From contig JASJDU010000002.1 of assembly GCA_030065015.1 (NCBI GenBank), forward strand, positions 85,051-149,050: a stretch of DNA of 64,000 nt, in the 5' to 3' direction. Positions 1-8,910 of the stretch are shown one piece after another (the stretch's first letter is position 1; every line of letters begins with the position of its first letter). The notes beneath the pieces were generated by a model, which had not been told where the DNA came from, searched no databases, and was given only the letters and a program-made list of their open reading frames with translations. The position numbers were made by a program, and so were the translations under genes. This stretch comes from Candidatus Caenarcanales bacterium. GTDB lineage: Bacteria; Cyanobacteriota; Vampirovibrionia; Caenarcaniphilales; Caenarcanaceae.

Positions 1-556
1 GTTAATTACAATTTCCAGAAGTGATCTGCATCTCTGCATCGGCTAAGCTTTTGAGCAAAAGAATTGTACTATTTAAAGTGTCAGGTTGACGGATGATTAG
101 TTTTATCTAATTGACTTGTTCATGGGTTCGAGTATAGTTTTTTTCAACATACATTACTTCATTTGCATCAAATTGAAGATAGATTCAAGAGGAGAAGCTT
201 GTTCCCTAGCTCAATTAGTCCAACAATACGAGTAGAAGGGTTTGATTTATCTGGGATATTTACCTCGCTAATAAATAAGTGCACTATTCATTTAATTTGT
301 TTAGAGAAAAGAAGTAAAAACTAGAACAGAAGAAAGTAAGTAGAAAGCACAGAATTTAAGCGCTAACAAAAGATCAATATCTCTATGAAAAAGTAATCTT
401 TATCAGTCTTTTATACAAATTTTATAATCGTTCAGAAGGCTGGGCAGTAATTGACGATTTTCGAACTTCTATTGAGAGAATTTCTTATGTTTTAGGGAAA
501 TCGCTAATACAGTATGCATAAGTGTTTTACTGTAATATCTCAATTGAATTAAGGCT

Positions 557-643
557 CCAGTTACATGCCAGTTACATGGAAAAAACCAGCAAAAACAGGA
601 CTTTCAAGTAAAAAATTGCCTTTCAGTTACATGCCAGTTACAT
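557..643. repeat. Two copies of CAGTTACATGCCAGTTACAT (tandem 11-bp units)
   Basis: Identical 20-mers at 558-577 and 624-643. Confidence 0.9.
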
Positions 644-659
644 ATAAGATTAAACTAAT

Positions 660-2060
660 TTAAGCCCAGGTTGGTACATACCTTCTATCTCTGTTTGATC
701 TATTGCTTGGATCTTTGATTTTAATGAGACCTGCTTCGATAGTGTCTTTAATGATTCTTGAGACCATTGGATAGTTAGTGTCAGGTATTTTTAGTCTTTC
801 TCGCAATGTCATATTGCTCATAAAATCATTTTCAATCCATTTTAAACAACAGTGTTGAAAGCAAGCTCTAATTCTATCCTCTTTTGATAAAGCGGCTAAT
901 GGCCTGTGAGAAAAGATAATTACTTTTGTTGAAGATTCTTCATTTGAGAACTCTGGTGCTGGCAGATTGTACTTCTCGCACTCAGAAACAACCCTGTCAA
1001 TTCCAACACCCCTTTCTTCACAAAGATTAATTCTCCTCATAAAGCTTGTTAATTCTTCATTCCTAGAACGGGGACTATGATCGATAAATCTTAGAGTCTC
1101 TATTATAGGTTTTCCAGGATTACTGATCTCAATGCGATCTTCATAAACTTCAATCAAGACTCTCATTCCAGAGATTGTAAAATCTTGATGAATAAGAGCA
1201 TTAGCAATAAGCTCTCGAAGCATCAATAAAGAGTATGTTTCTTCAATTTCCCTCTTAACTTCAGTTTTTTCTTTTGAAGGTAGTTGATTTCTTACAAATT
1301 GAATTAGATCTTCAAATGCTACTGCATAACCTTTTATACCTTGAATGTCCTTACTTGCATTGAGCTTATTCTTCCCTTCATAGATTATTACCCTTGGAGA
1401 CTTGTTTTTAAGTCTGTCAAATTTTGTAATGTCTCTTGCAAAGAGAATTGCACCAAGATGAGTAACGCTGTATTTCCCTCTTGACTTTACAATAAGTTTG
1501 TCTTGTTGGAGTTTTTCAATAATAGATTCTTTCTCTTGAGTAATAGATTGAGAAGTTAATTCTAAATATTTTGTATAGTCCAAAAGTTCCAACACTTCGT
1601 CAGTGCTTAAACTTGCTTTGGCAATGGACATTTCAAAATCCGTTCTTTTTGTCCAGATTTGTCTTTCTTTCTCTGGATAATCTTTCAAATTATGTGTTGT
1701 TTGACCTACCCTTATAAATTCTTTTCCATCGAACTGAACAGGCTTATCTGTAGCAGCAGGTATTTCAACAATAACAATTTTCTTTTGTTCAATTTCAAGA
1801 TGATAGAAGGCAAAGTTCTTTGGTCTAATCTTTTGAGTTAACCAAGCTTCTAAATGTTGATTTCCAACTTTCTGGGTATTAGGTGAAAAACTAGTTCCAA
1901 GTGGTTCAAAGGTTCTGTTATTAATCCCAAAAATCAAATACCCAAAGGTTCTATCATTTAATAGAGCACTGTTGGCAAGGGCTGAGATATATTCACCGAT
2001 TTTGACTGGATCGGAATTACTGTCTTTAAACTCAAGCCATTCAAGCTCCGATTTAGCAAC
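660..2060 (-). pseudogene. Schlafen/AlbA_2 + HATPase_c_4 (RecG C-terminal-like) ATP-binding protein, 5'-truncated
   Basis: Frame stays open upstream of the TTG at 1937 (VAKSELEWLEFK..GEYISALAN..GYLIFGI) up to a stop at 2061-2063 with no start codon; motifs RELIANALIHQD, ISNPG, EERGVGI. Confidence 0.75.
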
Positions 2061-2061
2061 T

Positions 2062-2603
2062 TATTACTCCATTTCTTAAACTCTTTAACTAAGCTACTTC
2101 CTTCATAGAAAAAAGCTTTTGCAACATCTTGGGCATCAAATATATAGAACTCTTTAAAGTTAGTAATTATTAGATGCTTGAGTTCATTGTTCTTACATTC
2201 AACTTTCTCAAACAAAAAATAAAAAATTGCTTCATGCAAAGCTTTTTTGTTCAAATCATCACAAGAAAACCATTTCTGTTTTATTGTCTGGTTTCTTTGC
2301 TTCAATTAGAACCTCAACTGGTGAATCGTTCTTGTTTTCTTGATAAATAACTAAATCAGCCTGTATTTGTCCCTTGTATGATTTTGTTTCTATTGCTTTG
2401 TTTGTATAAAAAGCATCTTTCAAAAAATGTTCTAAATGGCTTTTTAAGTTTTCTTCTGTTTGGTTTGCTTGAATTGAGGAATTTACCTTTTCAATGAAAA
2501 CTTTTAATTGACTGCAAAAATTATTAAATGACTCTTCATCAGGAGCAAATTTAATTAACCCCTTGGAAATATATTCTGTGTACTTTTGTCTCTTAGGCTG
2601 CAC
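2062..2603 (-). pseudogene. N-terminal fragment of a type IIG (Eco57I-like) restriction-modification enzyme, frameshifted
   Basis: ADLVI..VLIEAKKP nuclease motif, then LNKKALHEAIFYFL..LIITNFKEFYIFDA in another frame; frameshift at the T-run near 2266-2269; truncated where it meets the AlbA gene. Confidence 0.65.
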
Positions 2604-2644
2604 ATACTAATATTAATAAAATGTAAGACTTTATTGTTGCAACG

Positions 2645-2926
2645 TCAAAACCTGCTTTTTTGCATCCTCTGGAATTTCTGAAACTGCTTAAATTGCTCAA
2701 ACTGGTCTAAATCCATATTCTCGCTTTTCTCAAAATCAATCCCTCTTATAGTTTCAGCTAACTGAGAGTTGTTCAAGCTTCCATAAGTCATCATGGTTGT
2801 ACTAATATTCTCATGTCCTAAGTTCTGGCTAACCGCTTTAATCTTAAAACCATCCTTGCATTTTTTTGTAACCAAGTTAACCGCTAAATGCCTAAATGTA
2901 TGAGGCTGAAAATATTCAATTTCCAT
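2645..2926 (-). pseudogene. Tyrosine recombinase/integrase, C-terminal fragment
   Basis: HTFRH...SQNLGHENISTTMMTY (H-x-x-R...H...Y catalytic motifs); N-terminal two-thirds missing. Confidence 0.8.
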
Positions 2927-2967
2927 TGCTTAATTAAGTAAACTAAGAATGACCTCAGAAGAATAAG

Positions 2968-3060
2968 ATGAAAAAGCTTTACCCAAAGATATTAACTATT
3001 TCAGAAGCTATTGATTTAATTAAAAAACAAAAATGGGCAGTACTGGATTCGAACCAGTGA
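2968..3060 (+). CDS. 30-aa ORF spanning the att core (MKKLYPKILTISEAIDLIKKQKWAVLDSNQ)
   Basis: ATG at 2968; reads antisense into the tRNA 3' end; translated by hand. Confidence 0.4.
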   Translation: MKKLYPKILTISEAIDLIKKQKWAVLDSNQ

Positions 3061-3106
3061 CCTCCTCCATGTCACGGAGATGCGCTACCAACTGCGCCAA
3101 CTGCCC
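3034..3106 (-). tRNA. tRNA-Val(GAC)
   Basis: Cloverleaf GGGCAGT..GCGC/GCGC..TCTCC-GTGACAT-GGAGG..GGTTCGAATCC..ACTGCCCA; CCA not encoded. Confidence 0.95.
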
Positions 3107-3309
3107 TGAAAAGCTAAAGCTGCAACTTTTATCTTAAAATGTAAATAGCAACTAGCAATTAAAGATTATCAAAAAATGGGAATTTATAATATTACTACTG
3201 ATAAACATTGATAACATCTTGCTTTATCTCAATTGAATAAGATTATTTAAAAATCAATTCTAATAAATTCAATCGAATACAAATTACACATTCTTATAAA
3301 TTTTGAACC

Positions 3310-3828
3310 ATGGGTCGAGCAAAGAAGCAGATAGAAAAAAAGCAAAAAAAAGCTGCAACAAAAAAAGACACCCCTACGTTACTAAATAGAAAAGCGCACC
3401 ATGAGTTTGAGGTTTTAGAGACACTTCAAGCAGGCCTTTTACTCACGGGTACTGAAGTGAAGTCCTTAAGATTGGGGAGAGGTCAATTGGGTGAAGGTTT
3501 CATAAAAATAAATAAACAGTGTGAAGCTTTTTTATATGGAACAACTATCCCAAAGTATGAATACGGAAACAGATACAATCATGAACCTGACAGAATCCGA
3601 AAGCTTTTACTTACGAGAAAAGAATTGCAAAAGTGGAAAGCTAGAGTCGATCGTGAGAAGTTAACCATTATTCCCTTAAAACTCTATTTCAAAGGTTCTT
3701 GGGTGAAAGTCTTAATTGGCCTCGCAAAACGGAAGCTTCAACATGATAAGAGAAAAGAATTGAAAGAAAAAGCAGTTAATAGAGATATAAATAGAGAAGT
3801 TAAATCGAAAGGCTTTTCAATCAAATAA
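3310..3828 (+). CDS. smpB: SsrA-binding protein SmpB
   Basis: NRKAHHEF, GLLLTGTEVKSLR, RKLLL, DKR motifs. Confidence 0.97.
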   Translation: MGRAKKQIEKKQKKAATKKDTPTLLNRKAHHEFEVLETLQAGLLLTGTEVKSLRLGRGQLGEGFIKINKQCEAFLYGTTIPKYEYGNRYNHEPDRIRKLLLTRKELQKWKARVDREKLTIIPLKLYFKGSWVKVLIGLAKRKLQHDKRKELKEKAVNRDINREVKSKGFSIK

Positions 3829-3876
3829 AAATTAAATAAGATAGAACAATTGGGGCCTTTATTTTTTTCTTAATTT

Positions 3877-4347
3877 TTGATCGAGTTGAATCCTAAACTT
3901 ATGAATAAAGTAGACTCTAAATTGTCAAGCCTACCAAAAGCATATCCCAACTATAAGTCATTTCAAAGAAAGAGACCTCAAGTTGATGAGCTATCTTATG
4001 AATACTCCCGATTTTTATCAACGCCGATTGTAGAACCATTTGTTCCGATTTCATCAAAGGTCATGTTTCGCCTTAGCCGTGAAATTTTGTGCATTGATTT
4101 AAATTGTTTAATAAGTTCTCTAGAAGTAATTGCTGAAAAATTACAGTTTAATGAAGGTCATACTTCTAAGTTGAAGGAATTCTTCCTGAATCAACCTTCT
4201 TTGAGTGGGTTTAATGGGTTCTTGACAAGATTGAGTGAAATACCAACTGTTAAGGATGTTATTCAATTTCTTGATGAACAACAAGGAAAGCAAGAAGAAA
4301 CTCTCTGGCAATTTTCTGAAGAGCTTGGAATGGATCTTTATAATTAG
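3877..4347 (+). CDS. Hypothetical protein
   Basis: 156-aa ORF co-oriented with neighbours; start may be the ATG at 3901. Confidence 0.7.
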   Translation: MIELNPKLMNKVDSKLSSLPKAYPNYKSFQRKRPQVDELSYEYSRFLSTPIVEPFVPISSKVMFRLSREILCIDLNCLISSLEVIAEKLQFNEGHTSKLKEFFLNQPSLSGFNGFLTRLSEIPTVKDVIQFLDEQQGKQEETLWQFSEELGMDLYN

Positions 4348-4402
4348 GATAATTTCCTAGTTGGTAAAATACCTAGCTGTTAAGGAGCTAAACAACATCT
4401 TC

Positions 4403-5389
4403 ATGAAAAATTTAATTGCCACAATTGCTTTTTGCATACTTCTTACTTCATGTTCAAGTAAACTAAATACTATAGAAGTTAGTGAGAAAGATTTTCTAAC
4501 TAACTTTGATTTGGCAAAAGGTGAATTGCCAGAGGGTTTAGTAATTAAGGACGGAATAATTTATACCGGTATGGCCCCGACCGGAAAAGTTTATAAGTTA
4601 ATGCCAGATGGTAGTAAAGAAGAATATGGTAAGTGGCCATCTTTTAAGAAAGACAAAGGTTATATTGCTGGACTCACTTTTGATGAAGACAAGAATCTTT
4701 ATGGTGCAGTGGTTTCATTTGATAAAGAAATAAAGCCTGGGGTTTATGTACTTGAAAATGGGCAAGAAGAAGCAAAACTATACAGTACCCATAAAGATTT
4801 AAAATTTCCTAATGATATAAAAATCACCACAAAGGGAGAAATTTTTCTTTCCGACTCAGTTGGAGGAAAAATATACAAAGTGCTTCCGGATAAATCCATG
4901 GAAGTGTGGAGCAATTCAAAACTTCTATCAGGAGATCAAAAAGCTTGCCCTCCATCAGGTTTTCCTCTTCCCTTGGGAATTAATGGTTTTGTAATAGATG
5001 AAATAAACAATAAGCTTTTTGCTGCAAATACCGATCGAGGAAGTATTGTTGAGATCTCAATTAAACCTGATGGTTCTGCAGGCCAAGAAAGAATCTTGTC
5101 TGGGCCAAGCTGTAAAGACCTTGTAGGGGCTGATGGATTGTTCCTCGAAAAGAATGGAAGTATTTTGGCTGTTTTAAATAAAGCCTCAAAGATTGTAAGA
5201 ATTGAGAAAAATGGTGCCGTTGAAGTCCTGAAAGAAGGCGGATTGTTAGATAATCCAGCGAGTATTGAGGTAGGTGAAATTAACGGAAAAGAAACCTCTG
5301 TAGTTACCAACTTTGGAGTTTTGAAGGCATTAAAAGGTGAAAAACCTAATGTTGGTATTCTTTGGTTCGATTATAGTGAGTTAAAGTGA
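4403..5389 (+). CDS. SMP-30/gluconolactonase-family beta-propeller lipoprotein
   Basis: Lipobox LLTSC; PEGL, FPNDI, GINGF, GADGL blade motifs. Confidence 0.8.
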   Translation: MKNLIATIAFCILLTSCSSKLNTIEVSEKDFLTNFDLAKGELPEGLVIKDGIIYTGMAPTGKVYKLMPDGSKEEYGKWPSFKKDKGYIAGLTFDEDKNLYGAVVSFDKEIKPGVYVLENGQEEAKLYSTHKDLKFPNDIKITTKGEIFLSDSVGGKIYKVLPDKSMEVWSNSKLLSGDQKACPPSGFPLPLGINGFVIDEINNKLFAANTDRGSIVEISIKPDGSAGQERILSGPSCKDLVGADGLFLEKNGSILAVLNKASKIVRIEKNGAVEVLKEGGLLDNPASIEVGEINGKETSVVTNFGVLKALKGEKPNVGILWFDYSELK

Positions 5390-5407
5390 GATCTAAGTAA
5401 GTTCATA

Positions 5408-6253
5408 ATGAGAAAGTTATTCATAATAGTAGTTGTCTTAATTGGAAGTTCAGCCTGTTTCGCAAATAATGTTCTTGTTATTCTGAGTAGCGAAGAAGAA
5501 CTTCAATTGGCAAATAATAAAACCTATTACACCGGTTTCTTTTTAAATGAGATGGCCGTTCCAACAAAAGCTTTGTCCGACAAAGGTTTCTCGATAATCT
5601 ATGCAACTCCCAAGGGCAATGCACCAGTTATGGAAAAAGCCTCGGACCATGAAAAGTTCTTTGAGAATGAAAAAGAATATTTAGAACATAGAAACTTTGT
5701 TGAAAAAACTGGATTCTTAGATCGGAATAATGAAAAGGTTAAAAGCTTTGATCTTCTTCTGAAAGAGGGGTTGGATGAATATGTAGCAATATTCACCCCG
5801 GGTGGACATGCTCCGATGATAGATTTAGTAAGAGATGAAAAGCTTGGTAGGATCTTGAAACATTTTCACGATAATAAAAAGCCAACTGCAATGGTTTGTC
5901 ATGGACCAGTGAGTCTTATTTCCACGATGGATGATCCTCAAGCCTTTATAAACGCAGTTATAAATAGAGATTTCAAAAAAGCTCAAAGTCTTTCTAGGAA
6001 CTGGCCTTACAAAGGTTACTCAATGACTGTCTATAGTACTCTAGAAGAGATTTTCTCAGAGAAGTATAAGTTGAAGGGGCCGATTGAATTTTATCCTCAG
6101 CTTGGACTGGATTTTGCTGGTGGGAATTTAATTGTTAAGAAAAAATTCCAAAGTAATTTTGTACAAGATAGAGAGTTATTAACAGGGCAAAATCCATATT
6201 CGGATAAAGAGTTCACTCAGGCTTTATTGAAAATGCTTGAAAGTAATTATTAA
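5408..6253 (+). CDS. DJ-1/PfpI family (type 1 glutamine amidotransferase-like) protein with signal peptide
   Basis: TGFFLNE, PGGHAPM, VCHGP nucleophile, TGQNP. Confidence 0.9.
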   Translation: MRKLFIIVVVLIGSSACFANNVLVILSSEEELQLANNKTYYTGFFLNEMAVPTKALSDKGFSIIYATPKGNAPVMEKASDHEKFFENEKEYLEHRNFVEKTGFLDRNNEKVKSFDLLLKEGLDEYVAIFTPGGHAPMIDLVRDEKLGRILKHFHDNKKPTAMVCHGPVSLISTMDDPQAFINAVINRDFKKAQSLSRNWPYKGYSMTVYSTLEEIFSEKYKLKGPIEFYPQLGLDFAGGNLIVKKKFQSNFVQDRELLTGQNPYSDKEFTQALLKMLESNY

Positions 6254-6281
6254 TAAAATAATTCATAAAAAGGAAAACAGG

Positions 6282-7039
6282 ATGGGATTGAAGAGCACAA
6301 ATCTAGAAGGAAATAGGGTTTTAGTCATAGGGGGGAGTAGTGGAATTGGCAAAGCCACGGTTCAATTATTATTAGAATCTAAAGCAAAAGTGACAGCAAT
6401 TGGGAGAAAGCTAGAACCTTTAGAAAACTTAAAAAAGGAAATTAATAATAATTCTTTAAGCTTTGAGAGCTTAGATATGACCGATGAAGATAAGGTGAAA
6501 GACTATTTCCTGAAGTTCCAAAAAGATTCGATTGATCATGTGATTATAACTGCTTCCACTTCTGTTCATGGACCTTTTTTAAATACTGATATAAACCAGA
6601 TAAAAGGTATGTTTAACTCAAAATTTTTTGGGCCTTACACAATTGCACTATATGCAACCCCCAAAATTAAGAAAAATGGTTCTATTACTTTCTTTTCGGG
6701 TGTACTTAGTAGGAGACCGGGTAAAATACTACTGGCCTGGGTGCTGTTAACTCTGCGATTGAAGGATTAACCTATGGTTTAGCCTTGGAATTGGGACCGG
6801 ATATCAGAGTTAATTGCATTTCACCTGGAATGGTTAGAACGGAAGTATATTCTCACATGGAAGACTCCTTGAGAGAAAAAATGTACAAAGCAACTGGAGA
6901 GTCGCTACCAATTAAGAGAGTAGGTCTGCCCAAAGAAATTGCTGAGTCAATTATTTTTACAATTACCAATGGCTATATGACCGGAAAAGTTATCGATATT
7001 GATGGAGGCCATATGATTAGACAATATGCAACGCATTAG
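6282..7039 (+). pseudogene. SDR oxidoreductase split by a 1-nt frameshift
   Basis: GGSSGIG N-terminal half and RVNCISPG..IDGG C-terminal half join if one A is added at 6723-6726. Confidence 0.8.
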
Positions 7040-7128
7040 AATTAAAGAATTATTTAAAACTTATATAATCCAAAAAGGAAAAGAGAAAGTTTTACAATTA
7101 ATCTTTGGTACTTGAGCAAATAAATAGC

Positions 7129-7650
7129 ATGACAAAAACAGTTCCAGAAATAACTTTTAAGACCAGGGTTAGAGACGAAAGTGTTGAAGGTCCCAACCCT
7201 TTTCGGTGGCAAGATGTAACATCATCAGAAATCTTTAAAGGCAAGAAAGTAGTATTATTCGCATTGCCTGGGGCCTTTACTCCCACGTGCTCTAGTACTC
7301 ATTTGCCCGGTTATGAGAAACATTATGATGATTTCAAAAAGCTTGGAGTAGACGAAGTTTACTGTTTGAGTGTCAATGATGCATTCACAATGTTCCAATG
7401 GAGCAAGCATTTACAAATAGAAAAAGTGAAAATGTTGCCTGATGGGAACGGAGAGTTCACACGCTTGATGGGAATGCTTGTGAACAAAGAAAATTTAGGC
7501 TTTGGGTATCGTTCATGGAGATATTCAATGTTTGTCGATGATGGTGTAATTCAGGCCATTTTTGAAGAAGCAGGCAAAAGTGATAATTATCCAGAGGATC
7601 CCTTTGAGACTAGCGACTCTGAAACAATGCTAGATTACTTAAAAGGTTAA
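7129..7650 (+). CDS. Peroxiredoxin (Prx5/type II)
   Basis: PGAFTPTCS, SVNDAF, RSWRYSM. Confidence 0.93.
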   Translation: MTKTVPEITFKTRVRDESVEGPNPFRWQDVTSSEIFKGKKVVLFALPGAFTPTCSSTHLPGYEKHYDDFKKLGVDEVYCLSVNDAFTMFQWSKHLQIEKVKMLPDGNGEFTRLMGMLVNKENLGFGYRSWRYSMFVDDGVIQAIFEEAGKSDNYPEDPFETSDSETMLDYLKG

Positions 7651-7709
7651 TCGGGGATTAAGCACTTCTTTTATTAAGATTAAGTTTCTAAAGAAAAACC
7701 CGAATCTTA

Positions 7710-7759
7710 TCGTTTCGATTGTTGCGAATGTTGCATTTGTTTCGATTGTGGAGTATAAT
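7710..7759 (+). promoter_or_regulatory. Four to five 9-bp direct repeats overlapping a TATAAT promoter
   Basis: TCGTTTCGA/TTGTTGCGA/ATGTTGCAT/TTGTTTCGA/TTGTGGAGT, with TATAAT at 7754-7759. Confidence 0.6.
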
Positions 7760-7776
7760 TAAAATGTTAAACTAAG

Positions 7777-8256
7777 ATGGTTCTTATGGTTACTTCTACG
7801 CCAATTCCCCCAAATGAAGAAGAGACTGCTCAGGCTAAAAAGATAGAAGAGCAACTTAATTTAAAAGATTTTGTAGACAATCCAAGCTGTTCAGATCAAG
7901 AGGAAGCACAGCAGAATTTTCAACTGCAGTTGAATGGTAAAGCTTTTCCTATTCCAGCAACAATGAGAAAATTATTGATATCTCTCATTAGAAATATGGC
8001 AGAGGGAAAAGCGGTCACTCTCATTCCATTGGATAGCGAACTTACAACTCAACAAGCTGCTGATTACCTTAACGTTTCTAGACCATATTTAATTGGTTTA
8101 CTTAATGAAGGAAAAATCGATTATCGAAAAGTAGGGAAACATAGAAGAGTTTTATTCAAGGATTTAGTAATTTATAAAGAAGAAAGCTACAAAAGAAGTA
8201 TGGAAGCTCTTGATGAAATTACCAAAACATCTCAAGAACTTGGTTTATACAAATAA
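7777..8256 (+). CDS. Excisionase-like (HTH_17) DNA-binding protein, putative antitoxin
   Basis: ELTTQQAADYLNVSRPYL..VGKHRRV. Confidence 0.88.
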   Translation: MVLMVTSTPIPPNEEETAQAKKIEEQLNLKDFVDNPSCSDQEEAQQNFQLQLNGKAFPIPATMRKLLISLIRNMAEGKAVTLIPLDSELTTQQAADYLNVSRPYLIGLLNEGKIDYRKVGKHRRVLFKDLVIYKEESYKRSMEALDEITKTSQELGLYK

Positions 8257-8855
8257 TGTTCTCAAGTAACTTTACTGTTATTTATGACGCAAACGTTTTA
8301 TATGATTCGGTATTAAGAGATTTGCTTGTACAATTAGCAACCGAAGAATTATTCAAAGCAAGATGGACGTTGCAAATTCAACAAGAATGGTCATCAAAAT
8401 TATTAAAAGAATTACGAAGAAAAGATAAAAAAGATTTTTCAATAAAAAAGAACAAAATCAATAGAACAATTGAATTGATGAATGAGGCAGTAGAGGACTG
8501 TCTGGTAAGAGATTATGACCACTATATTGATATTCTAGAACTACCGGACTTAAGGGATAAGCATGTCTTGGCAGCAGGAATTAAGTGTGGTGCTCAAGTT
8601 ATAGTCACCGACAATTCAAAACATTTTCCTCAAAAAGAACTAGAAAAATACGATATTGAAGCTCAAAACCCAGCCATTTTTACAAAAAACGTAATTGGTT
8701 TAACAGAATTCAAGGTTATTAGTTCTGTTAAAAGCATTTTAAATCGTCTCATTAATCCACCTCTATCTATTGAAGAATTAATTGAAATGTACAGAAATCG
8801 TGGGCTGGAGAGTTTATGTAGCTTTTTAGAAAAGAATATGCATGAATTCAATTAA
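8256..8855 (+). CDS. PIN-domain protein, putative toxin
   Basis: VIYDANVLY, LPD.RDKHVLAAGI, IVTDN..HFP; overlaps the upstream stop codon. Confidence 0.88.
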   Translation: MFSSNFTVIYDANVLYDSVLRDLLVQLATEELFKARWTLQIQQEWSSKLLKELRRKDKKDFSIKKNKINRTIELMNEAVEDCLVRDYDHYIDILELPDLRDKHVLAAGIKCGAQVIVTDNSKHFPQKELEKYDIEAQNPAIFTKNVIGLTEFKVISSVKSILNRLINPPLSIEELIEMYRNRGLESLCSFLEKNMHEFN

Positions 8856-8910
8856 AAAATAGCAAGCTATAATCCTGTATATTCAAAAACTTGAATTGTT
8901 TTTTATTAAA

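Larger units (their letters stand above)
441..3042. mobile_element. Decayed genomic island integrated at the 3' end of tRNA-Val
   Basis: Direct repeat TGGGCAGTA at 441-449 and 3034-3042 (tRNA 3' end), each followed shortly by TTCGAAC; encloses integrase, R-M and Schlafen/ATPase fragments. Confidence 0.65.

Noticed and set aside
1-300. Possible gene remnant at the window start
   Set aside because: The minus-strand frames examined are interrupted by stops and show no recognisable motif.
430-521. Possible tmRNA or tag reading frame near smpB
   Set aside because: No tmRNA tRNA-like ends were found; the sequence is better explained as an att-end remnant.
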